Positions 1 to 8,437 of a DNA stretch of 24,260 nt are shown here, in pieces. The notes beneath the pieces are model-generated. The model did not search any database. It had not been told where the DNA came from and saw only the letters and a list, made by a program, of their open reading frames with translations. Each line of letters opens with the position of its first letter. Position 1 is the first letter of the stretch. The translations under genes were made by a program, and so were the position numbers. The DNA comes from a virus (Duplodnaviria; Caudoviricetes), in IMG/VR virus record IMGVR_UViG_3300010358_000015, positions 1 to 24,260 of that record, one strand, 5' to 3'.

Positions 1-111
1 ATGCAGATCGAGGTGACCTACACCGATGATCCGTACGTGCTGCGCGACTACTGGGGCCGTCCGATTCCGCGCGAACTGTGGCGCACGCCGTGGGGGAGGT
101 ATCCCTGGTGA
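1..111 (+). CDS. Probable 3' end of an upstream gene (likely head-tail connector by position); probably partial
   Basis: Frame 1 reads MQIEVTYTDDPYVLRDYWGRPIPRELWRTPWGRYPW and ends at TGA 109-111, which overlaps the GTG start of the next gene (GTGA). Not in the ORF track. Confidence 0.6.
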   Translation: MQIEVTYTDDPYVLRDYWGRPIPRELWRTPWGRYPW

Positions 112-500
112 CATTCACACCTTCGGTTCCTCCGACCTTCGGACCCGATCTGCGGCAGTTTTTCCGCGACTTCGCCAACTCGTTCACCGACTACGGCTGC
201 ATGGTCGGCCTGAAGTCGGTAGTGCGCGACACGAACGGGAAACCGATCCGCGACCGCTACGGCAATCTGCAATACGCGGCACAGGTCGATTATCCCGCGC
301 TCGTCATGTGGAAGAGCAACATCCTGACGACCCCGACCGGGGTGCAGAAGGTTGTGGACGGTACGGTCACCTTCAGTTGGCCCCCACCGACGATCTACAC
401 GGAAGATCACCTTGTCATCGATGGGTTGGAGATGCCCATTACGGGTGTTGCCTTTGACCCATCGGTCGATCCGATGGTGCCAACAAAAGCTTTCGTCTGA
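108..500 (+). CDS. Putative head-closure/head-tail adaptor protein (130 aa)
   Basis: GGGAGGT RBS before GTG 108, which overlaps the upstream stop (the track's start at 78 is less likely). 'RDRYGN' motif, beta-rich sequence and position just before the gp10-like gene. Confidence 0.6.
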   Translation: MTFTPSVPPTFGPDLRQFFRDFANSFTDYGCMVGLKSVVRDTNGKPIRDRYGNLQYAAQVDYPALVMWKSNILTTPTGVQKVVDGTVTFSWPPPTIYTEDHLVIDGLEMPITGVAFDPSVDPMVPTKAFV

Positions 501-508
501 GGAGTGTG

Positions 509-868
509 ATGAGCGCCTGGTCGATTCCACCCGACATACTGGACGCGTATCGTACCGCCATTGAGGAAGCGATGCTGATCGAGGGACGCGCGGTTCTCGC
601 GGAGGCATTGCGGATCGTGCCTAGAAGATCGGGCGCACTGGCGGCATCCGGAGCGGTGGATTCCTTCTGGGCGGAAGAACGCTTCTACGTGATCGTCGGG
701 TTTGGTGGTACACCCGAAACTGCCGCGTATGCACAGTATCAGCATGAGAATACCGCCGCGAAACATCCGCCGCCGCAACAGGCGAAATACCTTGAGGTTC
801 CCGCACTTGCGGCACAGGCGGGGATGGACGCGCGGGTCGCAGCCTACGTTGCAGCAAAGGTGAAGTGA
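509..868 (+). CDS. HK97 gp10-like neck/tail-completion protein
   Basis: Motifs VPRRSGALAASG, YAQYQHE and QAKYLEVP are typical of this family. GAGGAG RBS at 499-504. Confidence 0.8.
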   Translation: MSAWSIPPDILDAYRTAIEEAMLIEGRAVLAEALRIVPRRSGALAASGAVDSFWAEERFYVIVGFGGTPETAAYAQYQHENTAAKHPPPQQAKYLEVPALAAQAGMDARVAAYVAAKVK

Positions 869-869
869 C

Positions 870-1265
870 ATGCTTGATGAGATTGTCGATGCCCTGATCG
901 CTGCGGGTCTTGCCGAGAACGGCGCGGTGTTCATTGCACACCAGCCGTCCGATCCGGTCAAAGCCCTGATTGTCCGTCGCTACGGCGGCAGTCAACCGAC
1001 GATGGACTTCGACAACAACGTGATCGAACCCGCGACGGTACAGTTCATGTTCCGCGCGGCGACATGGCCCGAAGCGGAGGATTGGGCGCAACAGGTGTTC
1101 GTCTGGTGCTACGGTGCGGGGTCGATGATCGGCGTCGATCCGTACGTCGGCCTGACACCACGCGGCCCGATTCTCGACGCGGGCGAGGACGAGAACTTCA
1201 ATACGCTGATCACCCTCAACGTCGATGTCCTGCGTCAGAGTGTCGCGCAGGGTGTCGGCGTGTAG
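870..1265 (+). CDS. Putative tail terminator protein
   Basis: 131 aa immediately before the major tail protein, with the pattern VFIAHQP...YGG..P...P.TVQFMFRA...LDAGEDENF typical of siphovirus tail terminators. Confidence 0.7.
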   Translation: MLDEIVDALIAAGLAENGAVFIAHQPSDPVKALIVRRYGGSQPTMDFDNNVIEPATVQFMFRAATWPEAEDWAQQVFVWCYGAGSMIGVDPYVGLTPRGPILDAGEDENFNTLITLNVDVLRQSVAQGVGV

Positions 1266-1280
1266 TAAAGGAGTGGTTGC

Positions 1281-1739
1281 ATGACTGCTGCTCGCTTTCC
1301 GGGTGCGGTACTGGTCGAATATTCGGTCGATCCCGGTGCCGCAACTCCGGTCTATACGAAGATATCCGAGGTCACGTCGAGTGGTTATCCGGAGGCCACG
1401 AACGAGCGAAGTGACGTGACGAACTTCGATTCGCCCAACCTGCAACAGGAGTTCATCGTTGGTTTCACCAACAACGGTGATCTGGTGATCGAAGCGAACT
1501 GGACAGGGGCGGCAGAACAGGAAGCGCTGTTCACCGAGTTCGACAATCGCACGATGCTCGGCTGGCGCATTACCGTGCCGAACCTCGCAACGGGTGACAC
1601 GTCGGGCTTTGTGACAGAGTTCACGGGTCAACTGGCGCGTTGCACGCACAATGCGATCACGCCCCGCGATCCGGTGAAACTCCTGCTGACGGTCGTTTGC
1701 AACAGCCCGTCGCGGTCAGCGGCACCGACGATTCCGTAA
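1281..1739 (+). CDS. Major tail (tube) protein, lambda gpV N-domain-like
   Basis: AAGGAG RBS. Motifs YTKISEV, DVTNFDSP..QEFIVGF.NNGDL.IEANW, WRITVPN and EFTG. Position before the chaperones and TMP. Confidence 0.88.
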   Translation: MTAARFPGAVLVEYSVDPGAATPVYTKISEVTSSGYPEATNERSDVTNFDSPNLQQEFIVGFTNNGDLVIEANWTGAAEQEALFTEFDNRTMLGWRITVPNLATGDTSGFVTEFTGQLARCTHNAITPRDPVKLLLTVVCNSPSRSAAPTIP

Positions 1740-1762
1740 GTATTGACCCTGCATGGTAAGAT

Positions 1763-1794
1763 CGCCGCGTCAGTATATGGCGCGGCGTTCTGCT
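1763..1794 (+). terminator. Hairpin, possible partial intrinsic terminator or mRNA-stabilising stem after the major tail gene
   Basis: CGCCGCGTCA-gtata-TGGCGCGGCG (10-bp stem, one G-U pair) followed by a weak U tract TTCTGCT. Confidence 0.55.
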
Positions 1795-1809
1795 GCGAGG
1801 GAGGTACAG

Positions 1810-2304
1810 ATGGAAGACAAGGGGGCGCGGCGGCGCGCGCCGATGACGTTTGCGGAAGTCGCGGCGGAAGAATCGGTCCAACCGAGCGACAATGGCGTAC
1901 GACCCGATCCGGACCAGACGAAGGTTGAGGGCCGCTACCTCAGTGCGGAAGAGATTTTCGCCATTGACGATATCCAGCAGAAAGAAGTCTGGGTTCCTGA
2001 ATGGCGCACGAACATCATCCTGCAAACCCTGACGGGAGCGGAACGCGACAAGTATTTCGCCTCCGTCCAGTATACCGATAAGCGTGGGCGGCAACTGGTC
2101 GATTCCGACAGCAGTAACGCGAAGTTGCTCGTCCTTTCCGCGCGCACGCCCGATGGCGGGCATCTCTTCACGATCCATCAGGTGAAGCGGTTGCAGATGA
2201 AGAGCGCGGCGGTGATTACGCGACTGGCGAACATCGCGGGCGAGATGAACGGCTTCGGCGCGACCGAAGACGAGGATCGTGAGCGGCGCACCGCTTTAGA
2301 ATGA
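1810..2304 (+). CDS. Tail assembly chaperone (gpG-like)
   Basis: Motif LSAEEIFAIDDIQQKEVWVPEW...LTGAERDKY...LFT...L..KSAAVITRL is typical. GGGAGGT RBS before ATG 1810, whereas the upstream ATGs lie before or inside the hairpin. Confidence 0.85.
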   Translation: MEDKGARRRAPMTFAEVAAEESVQPSDNGVRPDPDQTKVEGRYLSAEEIFAIDDIQQKEVWVPEWRTNIILQTLTGAERDKYFASVQYTDKRGRQLVDSDSSNAKLLVLSARTPDGGHLFTIHQVKRLQMKSAAVITRLANIAGEMNGFGATEDEDRERRTALE

Positions 2305-2732
2305 ATCCGGCGCGACGGCGGATGTTACGGCTGGCGCTGGATTGCGGTTATCCGTCGATCCGGTTACTGCTGGAGAACATCACCGCTGCGGAACACCGGG
2401 AGTTGTCCGATTTCCTCTCCGTGGAACCCGTCATGTCCGAGCGGATGGACTGGCATTTTGCGCGTTTGTACAGTATCCTGGTAGCGTTACTAGGTAGCGC
2501 GAAGAACAACGATGCACCGGAGATGACCGACTGGCTCCTTGAACGCCTCATCATGCCGAAGACCGAGTTGGATGAAGAGGCGGAGCAGATCAGATTGCGT
2601 GAACAGTTGCGTGCGGTCATGCAGGGGTTCGCAGCGAAGTCGGGCGCGACGATTTCGCCCGTTCCGCGTGACGCTCCCACTGTTGAAGACTGGGAACGTG
2701 AGCGGAAAAGAAATATAGAGGACGGACTTTGA
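2301..2732 (+). CDS. Second tail assembly chaperone ORF (gpT-like)
   Basis: Lies between the chaperone and TMP in the -1 frame relative to gpG. Motif LRLAL..G...IRLLLENITAAE..E...F..VEP...ERMD. Confidence 0.75.
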   Translation: MNPARRRMLRLALDCGYPSIRLLLENITAAEHRELSDFLSVEPVMSERMDWHFARLYSILVALLGSAKNNDAPEMTDWLLERLIMPKTELDEEAEQIRLREQLRAVMQGFAAKSGATISPVPRDAPTVEDWERERKRNIEDGL

Positions 2733-5700
2733 ATCTGCCTCCGGTGATGGTGCCATTCGTGGCAGACCTGACGAAACTCGCGAGTAGCCTGACGCAGGTG
2801 CAGCGGCTCGTGTCTCAGATCAAACCTGTCACGATTCCGGTCCAGGTTCAGATGCAGAACGCCAATACCCAGATCGGTCAACTGACCGCGCAGATGAACG
2901 CCCTCAAACAGGCAATGAAGGATACCGCCGATCAGTCGGGGTCTTCCCGCACGCAGATCGCGGGTCTGACTGCGGAAAACGTGAAACTGCGGCAGGAAAT
3001 CTCGCAAACGGTTGCCGGATTGCGCGCGAAGGGCATGGCCCTCAAAGATACGGCGCAGTTCACGCAACAGTTACGCACGCAGTTACAGGCGAACACGCAG
3101 GCGATTGCTACGGAACGTCTTGCTCTCGCCCAGAGTACGGAAGCGACACGCCAGAATCGGCAGGCACTGGCCGATGTCCGGGCGGAACTCGCCGCCGCGC
3201 AGAAAGCGTACAACGACCTCAGTAAGGCGGCTGCTCAGGCAGCAAAAGATCAGCAACAACAGACGAAGGCGTCCAAAGAGAGCGGTGGTGGAGGGTTTCT
3301 CGGCGGTCTGGCGTCCCGCGCGGTCGGGTCGTCCCTGAACTATGGGGTGGCCTTCGGCGCGGGCGCAGCCGTCGGGACAGAAATCTTCAAAACGCTGACG
3401 ACGACGGTCAACGCCGCGACGGGTGCCATCATCGGCTTCAACGCCTCGCTTGAACAGAGTCGCGTGGCCTTTACGACCTTCCTCGGAAGTTCGGAAAAGG
3501 CCGATCAGTTCCTGCAACAGTTGCAGCAGTTCGCCGTCAAGACCCCGTTTGAGTTCCCCGATCTGGTCGAAGCAAGCAAGAGAATGCTGGCATTCGGCTT
3601 CTCCGCCCAACAGGTTCTCCCCCTTCTGGAAGCAGTCGGAAATCAGGCATCCGCCGTCGGTCTTGGGGCCGATGGGGTGAATCGCATCACGCTTGCGCTC
3701 GGTCAGATGCAAGCAAAGGGACATGTATCGGGCGAAGAACTGCGGCAGTTGTCCGAAGCGGGAGTGCAGTTGCAACCGATCTTTGAGGAGGTCGGCAAAC
3801 AACTCGGCACGACAACGGCGGCGGCGCAGAAACTCGGTTCAGATGGTAGTCTTTCGGCGCAGATTTTCATTCAGGCATTCCAGAAGGTCAGTGAGAACAA
3901 GTTTGGCGATCTGATGGCGAAGCAATCACAGACCTTCAACGGCGCGATGAGCAATATCAAGGACGCACTGACGATTGTCACCGCACAGATCGGTGGACCG
4001 CTCTTCAAGGCGATATCCGAGTTGGCAATCAGGTTCGCGAACTTCCTTCAGACGCCGCAGTTCGCGATCTGGGCGAAGCAGGCGACGCAGGCAATCGGCT
4101 CGGTGATCCAGTTCCTGACGATCCTGCTTGCCGCGTTGGGCAAAGTGGTTCAGGCGCTGACGGGATGGAAGTTGCCTGAAGTGACGCAGGAGCAGATGAA
4201 GGCGTGGAACGACGCGCAGCAACAGACGGTCGAAACGCAGCAGCAGGTATCGAGTTCTATCGCGGATACGACTGCACAACTCGTTCAGGCGTCGAATCAT
4301 CAGACAGAAATCGAAGCGAGTCTCGCGCACCAGAAAGAACTGATCGATGCCAATAAGGATGCGCAGGAAGCGCAGAACCAGAAGATTCAGGATACCGCGC
4401 AGGGTTATGACGACATCATTTCCAGTCTTGAGCGACAGATTGCCGATATCGAGCGATTGACCCCGGCAGACATCGCGAACAAGGTGCAACAGGCGCAGAT
4501 CGACCAGCAGATCATCGAAATCAAGATCGCCATGCCCGATACAACGGCACTCGAAAATACGCTCCGGTCATTGCAGAGGGCGAAAGAGGATTTGGGCACC
4601 TTCGATTCATCGAAGTGGGACGTGCCGCTTCAGAACCTTCGCGACCAGATCGACGAGATATCGAACCGGGATACGAAAGACCTCGATGACGCCATTCGCA
4701 GAGTGCAGGACAACATCAGTCAACTGGGTCAGGCGACGACCGACGAAATCGACAATCAGATTGCCGCGATCCGGCGGAATATCGACGCAATATCGGATGA
4801 TTCGATTAAGGCAATCGATAAGCAGATCGCCGCGATCAACGATCAGATCAGTTCGCTGAATACGGACGAACTCGACCGGAAGATATCGGACATTCAGGCG
4901 AAGTTGAACGCGCCCGAACAGGATTACACCGGGATCAACTCCCAACTCGCCGCGCAAGCCGCCCTGATTCAGTCGGGAGCGGGCGATTCCGCACAGGCGG
5001 CGTTTGCGGGTCTGTCGCGACAGAAGCAACAGATGGTCGACGCGACCCGCCAGCAGCAGACGGGGTTGAAGGCGCAACTCGCCGCGCTGGAAGCGGAACG
5101 CAACGCGCAAAAACAATACAACGACGACACGAAGTCGGCACTGGAAGGGCAGTTGAAGGTCTTCCAGCAACAGAAACAGGCGTTGCAGGATGCGAACGAC
5201 GCCCAGAAGAGCATGTATGAAGACCAGATCAAGCAACTGGAAGAGGTGAAGCGGCAGCAGGAACAGGCGCAAAAAGCGCAGAAAAAGGCCCTCGATGATG
5301 AGTTGAAGGCGTTGCAGGAGCGCAAGCGTCTGGTCGATGAGCAGAATGCCGCCGAGAAGAAGGCGGCGGACGAACAGGTCAGGCAACTGGAGAAGGAAAA
5401 GAAGGCGGCGCAGGACGCATTCCAGGCGCAGCAGCAGAATCTTGAGAAGCAGATTCAGGCGACGCAACGCCAGATTCAGGACGCGAAGCAACCCGCCGAA
5501 GATCAGATCGCCGCATTACAGCGACAGAAAGAGGCCCTCGATCTCCAGCAACAGCAACGCGACCTCGCGCGGCAGATTCAGGAGATTCCGCTCAAGCAGA
5601 AGCTGGAAGATGAGAAGCGGGCGCGCGAAGATGCGCTCAAACCGCTTCAGGCCGATCTGGAAACGCTGCAACGAAAGGGCAAGGAACTCGATAGCCAGAA

Positions 5701-8437
5701 TCGAAAACTGGACATCGAACGGCAGAAGGAACTCGACCACATCCAGAAGTTGCAACAGGACCTGGCGAACGCGGGAGGTGGCGCGGGCGGCGGGGGTCTT
5801 CCCGGTCCTGCGACGCTATTCAAAAACTTCGACGTTCCGGTGGAACAGACGCCGTTTGGTAAGTTCATGGATAGCGCGACGCAGAAGTTGAAAGAACTGA
5901 TCGAGAGCGACGAATGGAGCGTGATCTTCTACGGCAAACACAAGGACGGAACACCCGTTTCGACCGGAGAACGCTGGAGTACAGCGGGCCAACTTCTCAT
6001 TGAAGGGTTGAACGGTCTTGAAGGTCAACTGAAGAAATGGGTGAAAGAGCACGATCAATCAGGCGACTGGGTGACTCTCCTCTGGGGCGAAAACCCGGAT
6101 GGGACGCGCGCGGGCATCATGAAGCAGTTTGGCGCATTGAATGAACTGATTGATACCTGGTTGCAGAAAAATGGCGCGAAGTGGCTGACCGATTGGGGCG
6201 AAATCGGTAAAGGGCTACGCAAGGCGTGGGATGGTCCGGATTCGTTCAACTGGGGCAGTATTGATCGCTTCCTCGACAATATCGTCAAGGGAATCGACAA
6301 GTGGTTCTCCGACAATACGCCGAAGTGGATGCATAGCTGGACCGCTCTCGGTCATGACCTGCGCATGATCTGGGATGGCCCGGACGGGTTCAACTGGGGT
6401 ACGGTGGGGGATTTCTTCGGGAAGATCAATGAGGGAATCACCAACTGGTTGCAGGATCACGGTCCAAAGTGGCTTACCAGTTGGGATGAACTCGGCAAAA
6501 ACCTGAAATCGTCGTGGTCGGGACCGGATTCGTTCAACTGGGGCAGTATCGGGACGTGGTTTACCGGAATCTCCGACGGCGTGAACGCGTGGGCGACGGA
6601 ACATCTGCCGTCGTGGTTGACCGATTGGACGAAACTTGGCACCGATCTGAAGAGTGCATGGGCTGGTCCCGACAGTTTCAACTGGACAGCGATCAGCACC
6701 TTCTTCACAGATATTTACAATGGCATCGAGAAGTGGATATCGGATAACTTCGATCCGTGGTTGCAGAAGTTCGAAACCTTCGCACATGGGATTGCGAACG
6801 CCTTCTCCAATCTCGGCACTGAAATCGCGGACAAGTTCAAGGGTCCGCTCGATGTTATCAATAACTTCTTCAAGGCGATTGGTGATGCGGTCCACTGGCT
6901 GGCATCGCACTTTCCCGGCGTCAAGGATATCGAACCCTTCCAGCCCACGACTGTGACGGTCGGCGGATCATCAGGTGGGGGTGGCGGTCAGGGCGCGGGC
7001 TACGCGGAGGGTGTTGTCAACAGCCCGAAACCCGGACACTGGGCCATCGTCGGTGAAAAGGGTCCGGAACCGATGTATGTCCCAAAGGGTGCGACGATCA
7101 TCCCGAACGACAAGGCGAAGCAATGGGGAATGCTTCCGGGTCATGCGGAGGGTTTGAACTTCGATTTCCTCGGCGGCGTTCTCGGCACCATCGGCAAGTT
7201 CATCCGGGGTTCGGCGGATAAAGCGGTTACGGCGATCATGGATAAGGTCGGCACACCGGACATCGGCATCATTCCGGGTCTGGGCGGTGCGCTCTTCGAT
7301 ATGACGAAGAATGCGCTTCTTGCCTTCCTCAGACCACAGGAAGTCGTCGAGCAACTCGCCTCAGCTGCGGGAGGTGGTGCACTCGCTCCGCTGATCGGGC
7401 TGATCCGGAAGTACGCGCAGAAATACAACGTGCCGCCGGAAATCATCGGCGCGATCATCCTGCACGAATCGGGCGGGATCATCGGGCGGGTCGAGGTCGG
7501 TGGCGGTCTGGGTCGCGGCCTGATGCAGGTCGATGGCGGCACATGGCCGCAAGCCTACGATCCGCGCATGGTCGGGACATCACTTGAAGACGCCGATTTC
7601 CAGATCGATGTCGGTTCGATGATCCTCGGTCGCGCATTCGAAGCGGCGAACGGTGATGTTGAGCGCGCATTGACGAACTATGCGGGTGGCGGATTCGCGG
7701 GGGTGCATGGTCGCACCTTCTATAAGGAGTTGCAGGACATGGGCCTGATCGCGCAGGCATTGGCTGCGCTGGCTGGCCCCGATCTCGGCAATATCCCGGC
7801 GGGTGCGTTCATCAAGCCCGTCAATGGACCGATCACGCAGGAGTTCGGTCAGACAGGGTTCGCGCTCGAACCCGGAGGATTCCACGACGGCGTAGATTTC
7901 GGCGTTCCGACTGGTACGCCCGTCATCGCAGATCAGTCAGGGAACGTGATCGTCGCCGGATGGGACAACGGGTGGGGCATCCGGGTGCTGATCGATCACC
8001 TCAACGGGATTCAGACGTGGATGGCGCACAATCAGGAAGCGCTTGTCAGCGTCGGTGAATCGGTGCGTCAGGGGCAGATCGTCGCACATTCGGATAATAC
8101 GGGCGCATCGACGGGTCCGCACGTCCACTGGGGTGCGCATGTCAACGGGAAACCGTTCAACCCGCTCGATCTGCCCGGACTCGCGCGCGGCGGCTATATC
8201 TCGCAGCCGATGATGGCGGTTGTGGGCGAAGGACCGGAACCGGAGATTATCTCGCCTGATAGCAAGTTGCGGCAGATCGTTCGCGAAGAGAGCGGTGGAG
8301 TATCGGTGCATTTTGAAGACGGGGCGATATCGGTCGATGCATCGGGTCGCGCACGCGTGGACGCGTCAAAGATTACGGTGCGCAAGGAGTTGAATCGTTC
8401 GGCGGCGGCGAAAGGCATTCTGACGGGGGTTGGTTGA
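2729..8437 (+). CDS. Tape measure protein with C-terminal lytic transglycosylase (SLT) and M23 peptidase domains
   Basis: 1902 aa with a TTG start overlapping the upstream stop. Tape-measure domain (LEQSRVAFTTFLGS...FAVKTPFEF...ALGQMQAKG...EELRQL), long coiled coil and Trp repeats. SLT motifs ILHESGG and GLMQV at ~7391-7690. M23 motifs HDGVD and STGPHVH at ~7808-8173. Confidence 0.96.
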   Translation: MNLPPVMVPFVADLTKLASSLTQVQRLVSQIKPVTIPVQVQMQNANTQIGQLTAQMNALKQAMKDTADQSGSSRTQIAGLTAENVKLRQEISQTVAGLRAKGMALKDTAQFTQQLRTQLQANTQAIATERLALAQSTEATRQNRQALADVRAELAAAQKAYNDLSKAAAQAAKDQQQQTKASKESGGGGFLGGLASRAVGSSLNYGVAFGAGAAVGTEIFKTLTTTVNAATGAIIGFNASLEQSRVAFTTFLGSSEKADQFLQQLQQFAVKTPFEFPDLVEASKRMLAFGFSAQQVLPLLEAVGNQASAVGLGADGVNRITLALGQMQAKGHVSGEELRQLSEAGVQLQPIFEEVGKQLGTTTAAAQKLGSDGSLSAQIFIQAFQKVSENKFGDLMAKQSQTFNGAMSNIKDALTIVTAQIGGPLFKAISELAIRFANFLQTPQFAIWAKQATQAIGSVIQFLTILLAALGKVVQALTGWKLPEVTQEQMKAWNDAQQQTVETQQQVSSSIADTTAQLVQASNHQTEIEASLAHQKELIDANKDAQEAQNQKIQDTAQGYDDIISSLERQIADIERLTPADIANKVQQAQIDQQIIEIKIAMPDTTALENTLRSLQRAKEDLGTFDSSKWDVPLQNLRDQIDEISNRDTKDLDDAIRRVQDNISQLGQATTDEIDNQIAAIRRNIDAISDDSIKAIDKQIAAINDQISSLNTDELDRKISDIQAKLNAPEQDYTGINSQLAAQAALIQSGAGDSAQAAFAGLSRQKQQMVDATRQQQTGLKAQLAALEAERNAQKQYNDDTKSALEGQLKVFQQQKQALQDANDAQKSMYEDQIKQLEEVKRQQEQAQKAQKKALDDELKALQERKRLVDEQNAAEKKAADEQVRQLEKEKKAAQDAFQAQQQNLEKQIQATQRQIQDAKQPAEDQIAALQRQKEALDLQQQQRDLARQIQEIPLKQKLEDEKRAREDALKPLQADLETLQRKGKELDSQNRKLDIERQKELDHIQKLQQDLANAGGGAGGGGLPGPATLFKNFDVPVEQTPFGKFMDSATQKLKELIESDEWSVIFYGKHKDGTPVSTGERWSTAGQLLIEGLNGLEGQLKKWVKEHDQSGDWVTLLWGENPDGTRAGIMKQFGALNELIDTWLQKNGAKWLTDWGEIGKGLRKAWDGPDSFNWGSIDRFLDNIVKGIDKWFSDNTPKWMHSWTALGHDLRMIWDGPDGFNWGTVGDFFGKINEGITNWLQDHGPKWLTSWDELGKNLKSSWSGPDSFNWGSIGTWFTGISDGVNAWATEHLPSWLTDWTKLGTDLKSAWAGPDSFNWTAISTFFTDIYNGIEKWISDNFDPWLQKFETFAHGIANAFSNLGTEIADKFKGPLDVINNFFKAIGDAVHWLASHFPGVKDIEPFQPTTVTVGGSSGGGGGQGAGYAEGVVNSPKPGHWAIVGEKGPEPMYVPKGATIIPNDKAKQWGMLPGHAEGLNFDFLGGVLGTIGKFIRGSADKAVTAIMDKVGTPDIGIIPGLGGALFDMTKNALLAFLRPQEVVEQLASAAGGGALAPLIGLIRKYAQKYNVPPEIIGAIILHESGGIIGRVEVGGGLGRGLMQVDGGTWPQAYDPRMVGTSLEDADFQIDVGSMILGRAFEAANGDVERALTNYAGGGFAGVHGRTFYKELQDMGLIAQALAALAGPDLGNIPAGAFIKPVNGPITQEFGQTGFALEPGGFHDGVDFGVPTGTPVIADQSGNVIVAGWDNGWGIRVLIDHLNGIQTWMAHNQEALVSVGESVRQGQIVAHSDNTGASTGPHVHWGAHVNGKPFNPLDLPGLARGGYISQPMMAVVGEGPEPEIISPDSKLRQIVREESGGVSVHFEDGAISVDASGRARVDASKITVRKELNRSAAAKGILTGVG
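4538..5500 (+). repeat. Degenerate protein-level repeats in the TMP coiled coil (~22-aa units, then ~25-aa units)
   Basis: DTTALENTLRSLQRAKEDLGTF / DSSKWDVPLQNLRDQIDEISNR / DTKDLDDAIRRVQDNISQLGQA / TTDEIDNQIAAIRRNIDAISDD..., then DTKSALEGQLKVFQQQKQALQDAND / AQKSMYEDQIKQLEEVKRQQEQAQK / AQKKALDDELKALQERKRLVDEQNA... Confidence 0.7.
6182..6757 (+). repeat. Four tandem 144-nt (48-aa) Trp-rich repeats within the TMP
   Basis: The GPD(S/G)FNW motif starts at 6233, 6377, 6521 and 6665, an exact 144-nt period. Confidence 0.92.

Noticed and set aside
6182-6757. CRISPR-like array from the regularly spaced TTCAACTGG motif
   Set aside because: The repeats are in-frame coding units of the TMP with synonymous divergence and a 144-nt period. 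There are no identical repeats with unique spacers.
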